Numbered from the stretch's first letter, positions 1 to 9,723 are shown. The stretch is DNA of 64,000 nt from Candidatus Enterousia sp. (GCA_045613345.1 JAZLAT010000005.1:135112-199111); one strand, 5' to 3'. Made by a program: numbers and translations. Notes: generated by a model not told the origin, from the letters alone.

Positions 1-376
1 TCTGCATAAGACACACACCACTTTCCGTATCACCATTCATGATTGCGGTTTTAATTGGCGACGGACCACGATACCGCGGCAACAAACTTGGGTGTAAATT
101 TATACATGGTGCCGACTTCAAAACATTATCACGCAATATCGCACCATATGCCGCAACAAAAACCATATTAGGGTGAAAATTATATTCACTTGGTTTATGA
201 TACACGGGAATATTTCGCGATTCCGCCCACGCATGCACCGGTGATTTAGTAACAATATGTTTCCGCCCAACCGGCTTTGGTACGCGCGTAAAGACCGCAA
301 TAACGTCATGCCGATTGGCTATCGCATCAAAGATTGGCACAATAAATTCTGGTGTTCCCATTAAAACAACTTTCAT
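1..376 (-). CDS. fmt: methionyl-tRNA formyltransferase, N-terminal part (gene runs off the window edge)
   Basis: Hand translation of the minus strand from ATG at 376-374 gives MKVVLMGTPEFIVPIFDAIANRHDVIAVFTRVPKPVGRK...NLHPSLLPRYRGPSPI, a formyltransferase N-domain pattern. ATGA start/stop overlap with def upstream (classic def-fmt pair). This frame is not in the ORF track. Confidence 0.85.
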   Translation of the reverse strand, partial: MKVVLMGTPEFIVPIFDAIANRHDVIAVFTRVPKPVGRKHIVTKSPVHAWAESRNIPVYHKPSEYNFHPNMVFVAAYGAILRDNVLKSAPCINLHPSLLPRYRGPSPIKTAIMNGDTESGVCLMQ

Positions 377-879
377 TTGTGCCGCCTTACCTTGCGCATG
401 ACCATTTCGCGCTTTGTGGGTGCCAAATAGTCGATAAACAAAATTCCATCCAAATGGTCTGTTTCGTGTTGCACAATGCGCGCCGCAATACCAGACATTT
501 CGGCAGCTTTTGATTTACCATATTCATCAGTCCATTCTACAACCACCGCCGCCGGCCGCGTTACATTTGCATATACTGGTAAATCATCCGGACCCAACAC
601 CGACAGACACCCTTCTTCGATAACCGCCAATTCTTCACTGCGCGATGTGATTTTCGGATTTATCATTTTAAATACTTCGCCCGTATCCGGATTCATCATA
701 ACCAAGAATCTTTTGGTAATTCCAACCTGGGGCGCGGCAAGCCCGACACCATTTTGCGCCTGCATCATTTTGACCATTTCGTTCATATTCTGCAAAATTT
801 CGGGCGTAATATCGTCCACGGGCGCACAATGCTCCCGCAATATCAAATCGCCACAAAGTTTCATTTGCAACATATACAA
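373..879 (-). CDS. def: peptide deformylase
   Basis: All three deformylase motifs are present: GVGLAAPQ, EGCLS, QHETDHL. 168 aa. Directly upstream of fmt. Confidence 0.9.
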   Translation of the reverse strand: MYMLQMKLCGDLILREHCAPVDDITPEILQNMNEMVKMMQAQNGVGLAAPQVGITKRFLVMMNPDTGEVFKMINPKITSRSEELAVIEEGCLSVLGPDDLPVYANVTRPAAVVVEWTDEYGKSKAAEMSGIAARIVQHETDHLDGILFIDYLAPTKREMVMRKVRRHK

Positions 880-918
880 ATCCTTTTATAATAAGAAATA
901 ATAGCAAAGGAAATCCAA

Positions 919-1797
919 ATGACAACTTATATTTTGATTGCGATGTGCGGGCTTATAATTTTGATGCTGGGGGCGTTACTGATGCGTCCGGCGCGAATCG
1001 ACATGTCGGCATTGCGCGAAGACAACACACGCCTGCGCGAAAGGCTTGCCGAACGGCTGGGCGTTTTGGCGCAAAATGCGGCGGAATTAAAGAACATCAG
1101 CGCGGATATCGCAAACTTTAAAAACATACTGATGGGCAACAAACAGGCACGTGGCACATTTGGCGAACGACAACTAACCGATTTAATAACAGACATAATG
1201 CCGCCCGAAACTTATGCTTTTCAATGTGTGATGGAAACAGGTGTGCGTCCCGATTGCATAATCCGCCTGCCCTATCCACCGGGCGACATGGTTATTGACA
1301 GCAAATTCCCACTGGAATCATATAACCGTATGACGGCGGGCGAAAACCCAGAAATGTATCGCAAGCAATTCGAACTGGACGTTCGCAAACACATTGACGC
1401 AATTGCCGAAAAATACATTATTCCGGGCAAAACCGCGGACACGGCAATGATGTTTATCGCATCTGAGTCTATATTCGAAACCCTGCACCGCGAATTTCCC
1501 GACACAGTTGAATACGGTGCACGCCGCAAAGTCTTTATTGTTTCGCCGTCAACATTATGGGCTACATTAAACACAATTCGCGCGATTTTGTCAGACATAA
1601 AAATCAAACGCGTTGCGGGAAAAATAAAGGCTGAATTAGATTTATTACTGACCGACCTTTCGCGGTTGGCGGACCGTGCCGCGCGAGTGCAAAGTCATTT
1701 CGCCCAAGCACAAACGGACATTGAACAATTACAAACATCGATAAACAAAATCGCGCCCCGCGCCGAAAAAATCAAAGAATTGGATTTCGAGAAATAG
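919..1797 (+). CDS. rmuC: DNA recombination protein RmuC family
   Basis: N-terminal TM helix, short coiled coil, then an RmuC-type core (FGERQLTDLI...RPDCIIRLP...VIDSKFPLESY...FIASESIF). Shorter (292 aa) than typical RmuC. Confidence 0.75.
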   Translation: MTTYILIAMCGLIILMLGALLMRPARIDMSALREDNTRLRERLAERLGVLAQNAAELKNISADIANFKNILMGNKQARGTFGERQLTDLITDIMPPETYAFQCVMETGVRPDCIIRLPYPPGDMVIDSKFPLESYNRMTAGENPEMYRKQFELDVRKHIDAIAEKYIIPGKTADTAMMFIASESIFETLHREFPDTVEYGARRKVFIVSPSTLWATLNTIRAILSDIKIKRVAGKIKAELDLLLTDLSRLADRAARVQSHFAQAQTDIEQLQTSINKIAPRAEKIKELDFEK

Positions 1798-1818
1798 AAT
1801 AGTGTTAACTGCAAACCC

Positions 1819-2415
1819 CTAGCGTGGTATGCCCGTGTTGGGGTTTATCCAAATTTGTTGGTCGGCGATTTCCATCATCGGCAAATCAGTTTTACTGTCT
1901 GAATAGGCACGCACCACATGCGGAATAAATTTGTGTTCTTTTGCCCATTCGTCCATCGCAATAACTTTATTTTTTCCCCAACACAGAAATTTATACTTCT
2001 GCGGATTTTTCGAATCCATTTTCGAACAGAGCACCGCATCAAATTTCATATCGCGCACCAATTCTGAAATAAGATAATCCGGTGTTGCGGTAATCAACAA
2101 AACCTTGTTTCCCGCGGCGCGTTCCGCGGCGACGCGTTCCGCCGCCCAACCGAATCGATTACGCCGATGTTCACGCACAAACCCGCGCATATGCTTTTTT
2201 ATCATATCCGGTGTCAAAAAACGCCGCATATGTTCCCGCCACCAAAATCCGCCCGGATTAAACAAACGCACTATTGCACACACACCCATCATTGGCAAAT
2301 ACAGCCACGGGCGCACACTGTGCCGCATACAATACCGCGCAAACGCAACATTAGAATCCGGCCAAGACAAAGTCCCATCGAAATCAAACAACACTACATC
2401 AACGGGTTTCAACAT
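1819..2415 (-). CDS. HAD-IB family hydrolase, YfhB/PgpC-like phosphatase
   Basis: HAD motif I DFDGTLS near the N-terminus. C-terminal YSDSKTDLPMM and CWGKNKV resemble my recollection of E. coli YfhB/PgpC (YSDSNQDNPLL, CLGHEKV). Confidence 0.55.
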   Translation of the reverse strand: MLKPVDVVLFDFDGTLSWPDSNVAFARYCMRHSVRPWLYLPMMGVCAIVRLFNPGGFWWREHMRRFLTPDMIKKHMRGFVREHRRNRFGWAAERVAAERAAGNKVLLITATPDYLISELVRDMKFDAVLCSKMDSKNPQKYKFLCWGKNKVIAMDEWAKEHKFIPHVVRAYSDSKTDLPMMEIADQQIWINPNTGIPR

Positions 2416-2494
2416 TTATAATCCTTTTGATTTTTTTGGGATTATAACGAATGAAAAAAATATATCAAATAAAATCGGGGCAAATGCCTCGACT

Positions 2495-5400
2495 TTACTT
2501 TTTTAATTTCTGGCGCATACGTTCCATCGCAAAGAACAACGCGGGCGTCAACGTGAATGTCCATATCAATGATGCCAACATACCACCAATCAAAACCGCC
2601 GCCATTGCCGTCTTCATACCGTCCGCACTCCACAGTTGCGGCAACATACCTGCCATAACCGCAATAGATGTCATCAACACCATATTCTTTTTATTGTTTA
2701 ATTCGTCCCACAACGCAACCTTTAAATTTTCGCCATTATTCACGCGCCGTATTGTTGGTTCCAACACCAAAATGTTATTGTTCACAACCAAACCAACCAA
2801 CATAACAAACGCCAACATCGCACCAACATTCATTGACGCGCCCGACAAGAACAGTAATATAAACACGCCGGCAAAACTGGTGATAATAGATGTCGCAATG
2901 GTGAACGGGTGAATCAAAGAGTTTAATATCGCCGCAAGCAACATAAATGTCAAAATTGCCGCCAATAAAAACGCTGTTCCAATTTCACCCGTGGTTTCAC
3001 TTTGAATTTCTGCCATACCACCGAATCCATACGAATATCCCGACCGCCATTCTATTTTATCCAATTCTGCAACTATCTTTTTTTGAACCGGACCACTGGT
3101 GGATTTACCGATATTTATATCGATTTCTGTGACACGGCTTTTGTCCAATCGATTGATGTTCGATGTCCCGGATTGCATTTTAATATCGCCAATTTGCGAC
3201 AGCGCAACCAAGCCCTTTTGCGAATTTACAAACACATCGTCAAACACGGCACGCCCCTTGAACGGACGCGCAAATTCCAAAACGATTGGGTATTCTTCGC
3301 CATTTTCTTTGTACTTATATGAATCATTTCCATAAAGCGCCGCGCGCAGAGTTGCCCCCGCATAAGAATTTTTTATACCCCAAAAATCCATCTTGTCCGG
3401 GTCGGGGACAAAGCGAATTTCATCGCCTGGTTTTTGTTGTGCGAATACCGCTGTTTGCACTTCGGGAATATTATTGATTGCGTCCAATGCCGCGATGGCA
3501 TATTCCGCACGCAACGCATCATCTTCGCCGTATATATTCAAAACAATATCCGATGATATCGCCGAAGAAACGCCCTCACCCGCCCTTATCTGGATTTCCG
3601 CATCAGGAATTTCGGCAAGTTTCGGCAATATACGACGCGCGATTTCTTTATCACTGACTCGACGTTTTGATTTATCAACCAATTTAATTTTCACCGCAAT
3701 ATTTTGCAAACCACGATTTCCAATTTTTACCGAATTTGATTTAACTTCGGGAAATTCCGACAACACTTTTTCTATGTCTGCCGCAATCGATTCAGACTTT
3801 TCGTACGTCGCACCCATAGGAGCACGCGCAGTAATATTTATCTCGTTCGCATCGGTTGATGGACTAAATTCATTCCCCGTAAATTGCATAAGGAACGAAG
3901 AAGCAATCAAAGCCAGCACCGCAAATAATATCACGCGCCCAGAATATTTATACTGATAGGCAAACCATTTTTCCATCAATGGTTGCTTTTGGTTCTTGGT
4001 TGCTTTGGTCGCGCGCTTTGTTTTAACCAAACGCAGAATTTTTGCAATCATCATAGGCGTCAATGTAAACGAAAACAATAAAGACAATAATGTCAAATAC
4101 ACAACCGTCAAACCAAATTGCATCATAAATTTACCGGCAATTCCCGCCATAAACGCCAATGGCAAGAACACAACGACATTTGTGCCGACACCCGCCAAAA
4201 CAGATACTGCGACGTTCTTGGTTCCGTCAATTGCGGCATTTTCCGGATCTTTTCCTGTATGCATTTGTTGTAATGCCGATTCAATAAGAATAATCGCGTT
4301 TGACACCAATGTCCCCAACGCCGATGAATACGCCAACAACGTCATCGCATTGATTGTGAAACCACTGCTGTTCACAAAGAACAAGCCCGCAATCAAAGAT
4401 GCAGGAATCACGACACCTGCGATAATTGTTGACCGCCAATTTCCTGTGAATGCCAACAGAACTATAATGGTAAATATAACCCCAAGAATTATCCCATTTA
4501 TGGTGCTGGACGTTTCGTTTGACACAACAATCGAAGAATCAGAAATTATTTCCATCGTCGCATTTGGAAAACGCGATTGCAAATCAGCATTAAATTCTGG
4601 CAATTTTTTATTCAATGCACGCGATATTTTAATCGCATTTCCGTCCGTTGCCTTGACAACCGAGGCAATAACAACACGGTCGCCATTAAACCGTGCACCG
4701 GTATCCAAATCGCGCACAGAATCAGTAACTGTGGCAACATCAGACAATTTGAACTTTTGCCCTTCCCCGGTTGTAATATGTAAATTTTTAATTGCGTCAA
4801 CCGATTCAAATTCACCAATAAATCTTACATTGGACGAATCGGCACCAACTTCTATTTTTCCGCCCGGGACATTCAAATTGTTCGCACCCATCGCCGCAAC
4901 AACATCCATAATCGTGACACCATGCGCCGCCATAGATTCCGGATTCAACGCAACCCGTATAGCACGCTTTTCACCACCAAATATCGATACACTTGCAACA
5001 CCATTCACAGATGTCAATTTATTAGATAAAACATTATCTGCATATTCTTGCAAATCACGCAATTCTGCCCCGCGCAAGACGATATCAACAACCGAAGTTT
5101 GTAAGGGATTTAACTTTTCAATAACGGGCTGTTTCATATCAGACGGAAACTCCGAAGCCAATGCATCAATCTTGGATTTAACTTCACTGGCTTTGTCATT
5201 AACATTGACCCCCAGGTTAAATTCTGCCATAACATATCCGCCGTTTTCAAACGCCTGGGATGTCAGTTTTTTAAGTTCTGGGACTTGGGACATCGCATCT
5301 TCGGCTTTTTTGATAATCTGGGACTCCATTTCAACTGGCGCGGCACCCGGATAAACAAATGTCGCCGTCACCATTGGAAAGTCCAATGCCGGAGTACGCT

Positions 5401-5497
5401 CCACATTCATCTTGGGGTACGCAACAATCCCCAAAACCACAAACAAAAGAACAAACATAACCGTCGTTACTGGTCTTTTAATAAAGAACTTTAACAT
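2495..5497 (-). CDS. RND family efflux transporter (AcrB/AcrD/AcrF-like inner membrane pump)
   Basis: 1000 aa with the typical N-terminus MLKFFIKRPVTTVMFVLLFVVLG and two large periplasmic loops between hydrophobic blocks. Downstream of the adaptor and TolC genes. Confidence 0.9.
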   Translation of the reverse strand: MLKFFIKRPVTTVMFVLLFVVLGIVAYPKMNVERTPALDFPMVTATFVYPGAAPVEMESQIIKKAEDAMSQVPELKKLTSQAFENGGYVMAEFNLGVNVNDKASEVKSKIDALASEFPSDMKQPVIEKLNPLQTSVVDIVLRGAELRDLQEYADNVLSNKLTSVNGVASVSIFGGEKRAIRVALNPESMAAHGVTIMDVVAAMGANNLNVPGGKIEVGADSSNVRFIGEFESVDAIKNLHITTGEGQKFKLSDVATVTDSVRDLDTGARFNGDRVVIASVVKATDGNAIKISRALNKKLPEFNADLQSRFPNATMEIISDSSIVVSNETSSTINGIILGVIFTIIVLLAFTGNWRSTIIAGVVIPASLIAGLFFVNSSGFTINAMTLLAYSSALGTLVSNAIILIESALQQMHTGKDPENAAIDGTKNVAVSVLAGVGTNVVVFLPLAFMAGIAGKFMMQFGLTVVYLTLLSLLFSFTLTPMMIAKILRLVKTKRATKATKNQKQPLMEKWFAYQYKYSGRVILFAVLALIASSFLMQFTGNEFSPSTDANEINITARAPMGATYEKSESIAADIEKVLSEFPEVKSNSVKIGNRGLQNIAVKIKLVDKSKRRVSDKEIARRILPKLAEIPDAEIQIRAGEGVSSAISSDIVLNIYGEDDALRAEYAIAALDAINNIPEVQTAVFAQQKPGDEIRFVPDPDKMDFWGIKNSYAGATLRAALYGNDSYKYKENGEEYPIVLEFARPFKGRAVFDDVFVNSQKGLVALSQIGDIKMQSGTSNINRLDKSRVTEIDINIGKSTSGPVQKKIVAELDKIEWRSGYSYGFGGMAEIQSETTGEIGTAFLLAAILTFMLLAAILNSLIHPFTIATSIITSFAGVFILLFLSGASMNVGAMLAFVMLVGLVVNNNILVLEPTIRRVNNGENLKVALWDELNNKKNMVLMTSIAVMAGMLPQLWSADGMKTAMAAVLIGGMLASLIWTFTLTPALFFAMERMRQKLKK

Positions 5498-5511
5498 CGT
5501 GCAACCCCCGT

Positions 5512-6120
5512 TTATTTTTTGATTTTTACTTTTGCCCCATTGTCTACTTTGGATACAATGACAACATCGCCTTCACTGATTCCACTTGCGACACATGCAA
5601 TTTCAGAATCTTGGATAACAACATTTACATTTTGCGAAACCGCAATATTACCTTGGGCAACCATAACAACCCCATCGCGCACAGCATACGCAGGCACACA
5701 AAAACCACTTGTTTGCACGAACACCATATTTAACCCGTCCTTGACCCCACGCGTCCGCACAATATACATTCCAGAATTCAAATCGATTCTCGATGACACA
5801 GAAATAATTTCTCCATCACCAATCTTTTGCCCCACCGCAAATTGACCGCGTCGCGCCCCAGAAACATATGCACGATTATCACGAACATCTATTGGTACTT
5901 TGACAATACTTGTATCATTATGGGCAACAACAGTATCGACCAAAATTCCGCTTTTTGCATTTTCGCGAATTGGATTAAACACAATCATTTGCGATTCAAT
6001 CGCAATCATAATAAAACGATATACAAACCAAATCACCAATCCAGCCAAAACCGCTGTATAGAGATTTTTTTTCAATTTATTATTGTCAAAACTTTTACCA
6101 AATATTTTCATTTTATTCAC
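5512..6120 (-). CDS. short membrane-anchored periplasmic adaptor (membrane fusion protein-like), apparently lacking the alpha-hairpin
   Basis: N-terminal TM anchor. C-terminal beta-rich segments typical of MFP barrel/membrane-proximal domains (VPAYAVRDGVVMVAQGNIAV..GISEGDVVIV). Position between tolC-like and RND genes, with an 8-nt overlap with tolC. Only 202 aa. Confidence 0.5.
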   Translation of the reverse strand: MNKMKIFGKSFDNNKLKKNLYTAVLAGLVIWFVYRFIMIAIESQMIVFNPIRENAKSGILVDTVVAHNDTSIVKVPIDVRDNRAYVSGARRGQFAVGQKIGDGEIISVSSRIDLNSGMYIVRTRGVKDGLNMVFVQTSGFCVPAYAVRDGVVMVAQGNIAVSQNVNVVIQDSEIACVASGISEGDVVIVSKVDNGAKVKIKK

Positions 6121-7447
6121 CCAATTTTTTCACCATCTCGGCGGACATCAAAATCTTGTATTTTGCATTCAACAACGCCATATCAAGCTGGTAAAGTCCC
6201 GCCGAAACATCTGCCAATTCTACCGCCGAAGTTTGACCCGCGGCAAATCTGTCGCGCGAAAAACCATATGCCCGCGCCGCCAAATTCCGTGCATTAGAAA
6301 GCCCCGCCAAATTTCCACAAAGATGATTATATTGCTTTATTGCATTTGCATATTTTTCCGATGTGATCTTCTTGGATTTGTCCAAATCTTGACGCACCGC
6401 TTCGGCATTCATCGCGTCAACCGTGGCATTTGCACGATTAAGGCCGCCACTGAAAATCGGCACCTGCAACGCCAATCCCCAATATGCCGATTGCGACGCA
6501 TCCGAATTAAACATGTTTTTAAAATCTTTATCCAATGTAACATAATTATAAGACCCAACTGCCGCCAATGTAGGATAACCATTTGCACGATTTGATGACG
6601 CCTTGGATTCATACATTTGCACCTGTTGATTCAACATATTCCATTCCGGAGTATCGGTCAATTTTTTGTTTTCCATTTCTGGGAAAGTTTCTGGGAACTC
6701 ATCGGTAAGGTTCAATGGTTCATCTACATCAATACCCGCCATTATTTTCAACATCCTGTGCGCCGTATCGCGATTAAATTCGGCATCAGACAAATTTATT
6801 TCTTTGGTTGCAATATCAGATTCTATTTTAACCAAATTGCCACGACTTGCGCGCCCCGCATTATTAAGTTTGCGTTTAGCACTAACCGCATCGTCCAAAT
6901 TTTTCTTGGAAATTTTGACAATTTCATCGGTCATTTTTGCCGTCCAATACAAATCTGTCGCGGCATATTTGACTTCACGCATAACCATTTCTTTGCTGTA
7001 TTCGCCTATTTTTACGGCATTCCGCATACTGTCCACTGCGTTTCCAATCTTGCCAAAAGTATAAATCGGTTGAGTAACTTTGACACCCGCCATAAAGATA
7101 TTATCGGGAATATCAATGTTATTCGGCAAAGACATTGTGTCCTGGGATATTTGTTGGACAAGTCCGCCAATTTCTGGTGGCAACTTTACATTATATGAAT
7201 CAAATGGTTTTTCGACATTTATCAAATTCATATATGTCACCGTTCCTTCGACATTAAACCAACGATGAGAATTTGCTATATCCAATGAAGCTTGGGCTTT
7301 TTTAATGTTTGCATCCGCCTTTTTCAAATCATTTGATTCAGCAACAATCTTTGTCACCGCATCATTCAAAGACAAATCCAAAGCAAAACCGTCTATACAT
7401 TGAAATCCGCTGTATAGAGCAAAAACAAAAGCAAAAATTTTACGCAT
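6113..7447 (-). CDS. TolC family outer membrane efflux protein
   Basis: Signal peptide, 444 aa, two-fold repeated coiled-coil/beta organisation, and the C-terminal region ...AGQTSAVELADVSAGLYQLDMALLNAKY typical of the OEP family. Operon context. Confidence 0.8.
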   Translation of the reverse strand: MRKIFAFVFALYSGFQCIDGFALDLSLNDAVTKIVAESNDLKKADANIKKAQASLDIANSHRWFNVEGTVTYMNLINVEKPFDSYNVKLPPEIGGLVQQISQDTMSLPNNIDIPDNIFMAGVKVTQPIYTFGKIGNAVDSMRNAVKIGEYSKEMVMREVKYAATDLYWTAKMTDEIVKISKKNLDDAVSAKRKLNNAGRASRGNLVKIESDIATKEINLSDAEFNRDTAHRMLKIMAGIDVDEPLNLTDEFPETFPEMENKKLTDTPEWNMLNQQVQMYESKASSNRANGYPTLAAVGSYNYVTLDKDFKNMFNSDASQSAYWGLALQVPIFSGGLNRANATVDAMNAEAVRQDLDKSKKITSEKYANAIKQYNHLCGNLAGLSNARNLAARAYGFSRDRFAAGQTSAVELADVSAGLYQLDMALLNAKYKILMSAEMVKKLGE

Positions 7448-7913
7448 TTTTATCCCCTATTTTCATCAAAATATTATGCATAGATTTGAAAGAACGAATC
7501 AATTCTTCTTCATCATTTTTATCAATATCTTTAAAGATTACCGCAATCGCATTATGCAGCATTTCAATAATCTTGCGCGCAAAATCCGCCCCCGCATCGG
7601 TCACAGAATACCAAGTATTACGCCGATCATTTTCATCAACCGTGCGCAATACAACGCCGTCGCGTTCCATCTTACGAAATGCCGCACAAATATTTGGCGC
7701 CGGCAAAAACTCTCGCGCGGCCAAGTCTTTTAACCGTACACGTCCCCCGACATACAAGCGCACCAGCAACTGAGCCTGGGTTCGTGAATAACCGCCAAAA
7801 TCTATTTGCGCCCGATTGATTCTTTCGGACAATTTTGCGAACAAAACGATATTTTTTTCCAACAGACCAATAAGTTCTTTTTTAACCATAAAACCACCTT
7901 TTATTAAAACCAA
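7440..7913 (-). CDS. MarR family transcriptional regulator
   Basis: Winged-helix MarR pattern (SRTQAQLLVRLYVGGRVRLKDLAAREFLPAPNICAAFRKMERDGVVLRTVDENDRRNTWYSVTDAG). First gene of the efflux operon. An alternative start MVKKE lies 8 codons downstream (7889). Confidence 0.8.
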   Translation of the reverse strand: MVLIKGGFMVKKELIGLLEKNIVLFAKLSERINRAQIDFGGYSRTQAQLLVRLYVGGRVRLKDLAAREFLPAPNICAAFRKMERDGVVLRTVDENDRRNTWYSVTDAGADFARKIIEMLHNAIAVIFKDIDKNDEEELIRSFKSMHNILMKIGDKNA

Positions 7914-7919
7914 AAATCA

Positions 7920-7941
7920 TTATAATTTTTAATAATTATAA
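7920..7941. promoter_or_regulatory. candidate operator: inverted repeat TTATAATT-N6-AATTATAA just upstream of marR
   Basis: 8-bp arms at 7920-7927 and 7934-7941, 7 nt upstream of the marR ORF start. MarR proteins usually bind palindromes in their own promoter. AT-rich context makes a chance palindrome plausible. Confidence 0.3.
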
Positions 7942-8010
7942 GTCAAGGGCAAAAAAATAGAAAATTTTATTATTGCAACTGTCTAAAATTATTCTATAAT
8001 ACAAGCACTT

Positions 8011-8084
8011 TTGGGGTGTCGTCTAATGGTAGGACAAGAGATTTTGGTTCTCTTTATCATGGTTCGAATCCGTGCGCCCCAACC
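8011..8084 (+). tRNA. tRNA-Gln (anticodon TTG)
   Basis: Hand-folded cloverleaf: acceptor TGGGGTG/CGCCCCA (U1-A72, as I recall for bacterial tRNA-Gln), anticodon stem AGAGA/TCTCT with loop TTTTGGT, T-arm CATGG-TTCGAAT-CCGTG, encoded CCA. Confidence 0.9.
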
Positions 8085-8120
8085 AATATTCAAACGCCCT
8101 TTATGGGCGTTTTAATATTG
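8082..8120 (+). terminator. rho-independent terminator after tRNA-Gln
   Basis: Nested hairpin CCAATATT-c-AAACGCCC-tttat-GGGCGTTT-t-AATATTGG followed by TTTT. Confidence 0.6.
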
Positions 8121-8123
8121 GTT

Positions 8124-8260
8124 TTGGGGCCACGAACAACATCTGCAACTTTGTTGCGGGTTCGAAACCAAGTAGATTTCACAAATGTAATGCAGTGAAA
8201 TCGTTACGGGTTGCGCGCAGCCGGCACCACAGTGCCGCGCGAGCGAATTGAGTGCGCCCC
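8124..8260 (+). other. tRNA-Gln-derived or tRNA-like structured element (att remnant or unknown ncRNA)
   Basis: It starts with TTTTGGGG (8121-8128), as the real tRNA does (8008-8015), and contains GGTTCGAA (8158-8165). It ends with GTGCGCCCCA (8251-8260), identical to the tRNA 3' acceptor end (8071-8080). Its ends can pair (TGGGGC/GCCCCA). Internal hairpins: GATTTCAC/GTGAAATC (8174-8201) and GGCAC/GTGCC (8222-8235). Locally GC-rich. Confidence 0.3.
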
Positions 8261-8518
8261 ATATATTTTTAATAGAGTTTTTGCCCTGCGGTTGATTATT
8301 GTTTATCAAGGGGCCGTAGCGCATTCCAAAGAGCAAAAAAATAAATTTTCATGAGTTCGAAAGTCAAATTTCGATTTTTTATCTTTTCAAATACACTTTC
8401 GAACCGCTTATAAATCACTAAAAAAATTCGAACTAAGCAAAATATTACAAAAACGACATAAAACCGCTCTATTTAGTATTTATATTCAATGTGGTTGTGG
8501 TGTGTGGGCAAAACAAAA

Positions 8519-9514
8519 TTAATATCTACGACTATCAATTTTTCTATATCTATTTGCTTTTTCAATCAGTTTCATTATGCCCCTTTTGAAAGCATTCGCT
8601 TTTTCTGATTCCATCAATCCTAATGTTGTCAATCTTTTTGTCACCTCTTTTTCAGACCAGTTATTTTTGACCGCCAATAATGCAATTTTAACTATTGATA
8701 ACTGTTTAATCTTTTCAGGATTTATCATAATATCAAGTCCTAATTTATCACTTAGGTAATTATATTGTTTAATCACCCTTTTCATAAAATTCCACGACAA
8801 CGATGGTGGCGAACCTACAAAATCCTCGTAAATATGCCCCTCTTCAATAGAGCCATCTTTTCCTGTAACACGTTCAAAATCAATGATACCTAGACGATTT
8901 TTGTTTTTATCGTATCTAATGTTACTATCTCGTAAATCACCATGTCTAATTGCAAAAATATTATCTGCAGTATCATTATTCAGCCGAACATACTTAATGG
9001 CATTTTGCACAACACCTCTAACATTTGTATCAGTAAAAACACTCATAACTTTATCAATTTGTTTTTTAACATCGGCATCTTTTAATTTATCGTCTTTTTC
9101 AAAAACCCTGTCCAATTCTTTTTTCAAAAGTATTTCACTATCCACAGCTTTAAATATTTTTGGAGTTCTTATCATATGCATAGCAATCATAAAAGTTGCC
9201 AAATCTTTTGCTAATTTGTCCTTTGTTTTATTATCTAGTGTTTTATAGGTATCAATATTAAAACCATCCCCAGAAACGATTGTCTCTTTAATTTCAGCAT
9301 TTTGCATACTTAAAGTTGAAGGTATATCAATATCAACCCCCATTTCTTTTACTCTTGTTGCAACAGCCGACATAATCTCACCAGCGCTTTTTTGGGTCTT
9401 CATATACTTTTGTATATCAATACCCTCTTTCGGAGTTTTAATAACATAGCCTAAATCGCGATAAAAATGAACTATCGAGCTATTTCCCTGTTTTATTTCA
9501 TCTGATTCTTTCAT
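8519..9514 (-). CDS. protein kinase-like fold phosphotransferase (APH/choline-kinase family)
   Basis: Catalytic loop HGDLRDSNIRYD and metal-binding IIDFERV, which match my recollection of APH/ChoK motifs (HGDLxxxN, IDxE/D). N-terminal VIKTPKEG supplies a candidate nucleotide-binding lysine. Start placed at MKESDEIK (ATG 9514); the ORF track extends to 9601. More AT-rich than its neighbours by eye. Confidence 0.6.
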   Translation of the reverse strand: MKESDEIKQGNSSIVHFYRDLGYVIKTPKEGIDIQKYMKTQKSAGEIMSAVATRVKEMGVDIDIPSTLSMQNAEIKETIVSGDGFNIDTYKTLDNKTKDKLAKDLATFMIAMHMIRTPKIFKAVDSEILLKKELDRVFEKDDKLKDADVKKQIDKVMSVFTDTNVRGVVQNAIKYVRLNNDTADNIFAIRHGDLRDSNIRYDKNKNRLGIIDFERVTGKDGSIEEGHIYEDFVGSPPSLSWNFMKRVIKQYNYLSDKLGLDIMINPEKIKQLSIVKIALLAVKNNWSEKEVTKRLTTLGLMESEKANAFKRGIMKLIEKANRYRKIDSRRY

Positions 9515-9723
9515 AACAAAACCTTTCGCCCTAATTCTATCATAAAAACAGCATGATAACAACTCGCGTTTCGCATGCACGCCTGTCGGACGCAGCACCA
9601 ATACGAGAATACATAATTAGCGGCCGTGCAAAAACGAACGACCGCTGAATAGAGAACCAGACATTTAAACATTGAAAAAAAACGCCATATATTGTATATT
9701 TATTCACGAAAAAAGGTTGCACA

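Noticed and set aside
476-925. 141-aa plus-strand and 85-aa minus-strand ORFs overlapping def
   Set aside because: They overlap def, which carries all three deformylase motifs. Their translations have no recognisable features.
3996-5354. 452-aa ORF on the plus strand, plus several shorter ones between 2451 and 5494
   Set aside because: It lies entirely antisense to the 1000-aa RND transporter gene, whose product has clear family features. The translation is low-complexity (Ile/Asn/Thr/Phe-rich) with no motif. This is a typical shadow ORF.
8124-8260. Possible tmRNA (ssrA) or group I intron-containing tRNA downstream of tRNA-Gln
   Set aside because: At 137 nt it is far shorter than my recollection of tmRNA (about 350 nt) or the smallest tRNA group I introns (about 200 nt). 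It has no alanine-identity G3-U70, no encoded CCA, and no tag ORF ending in a hydrophobic tail plus stop. I kept it only as an unexplained tRNA-derived or structured element.
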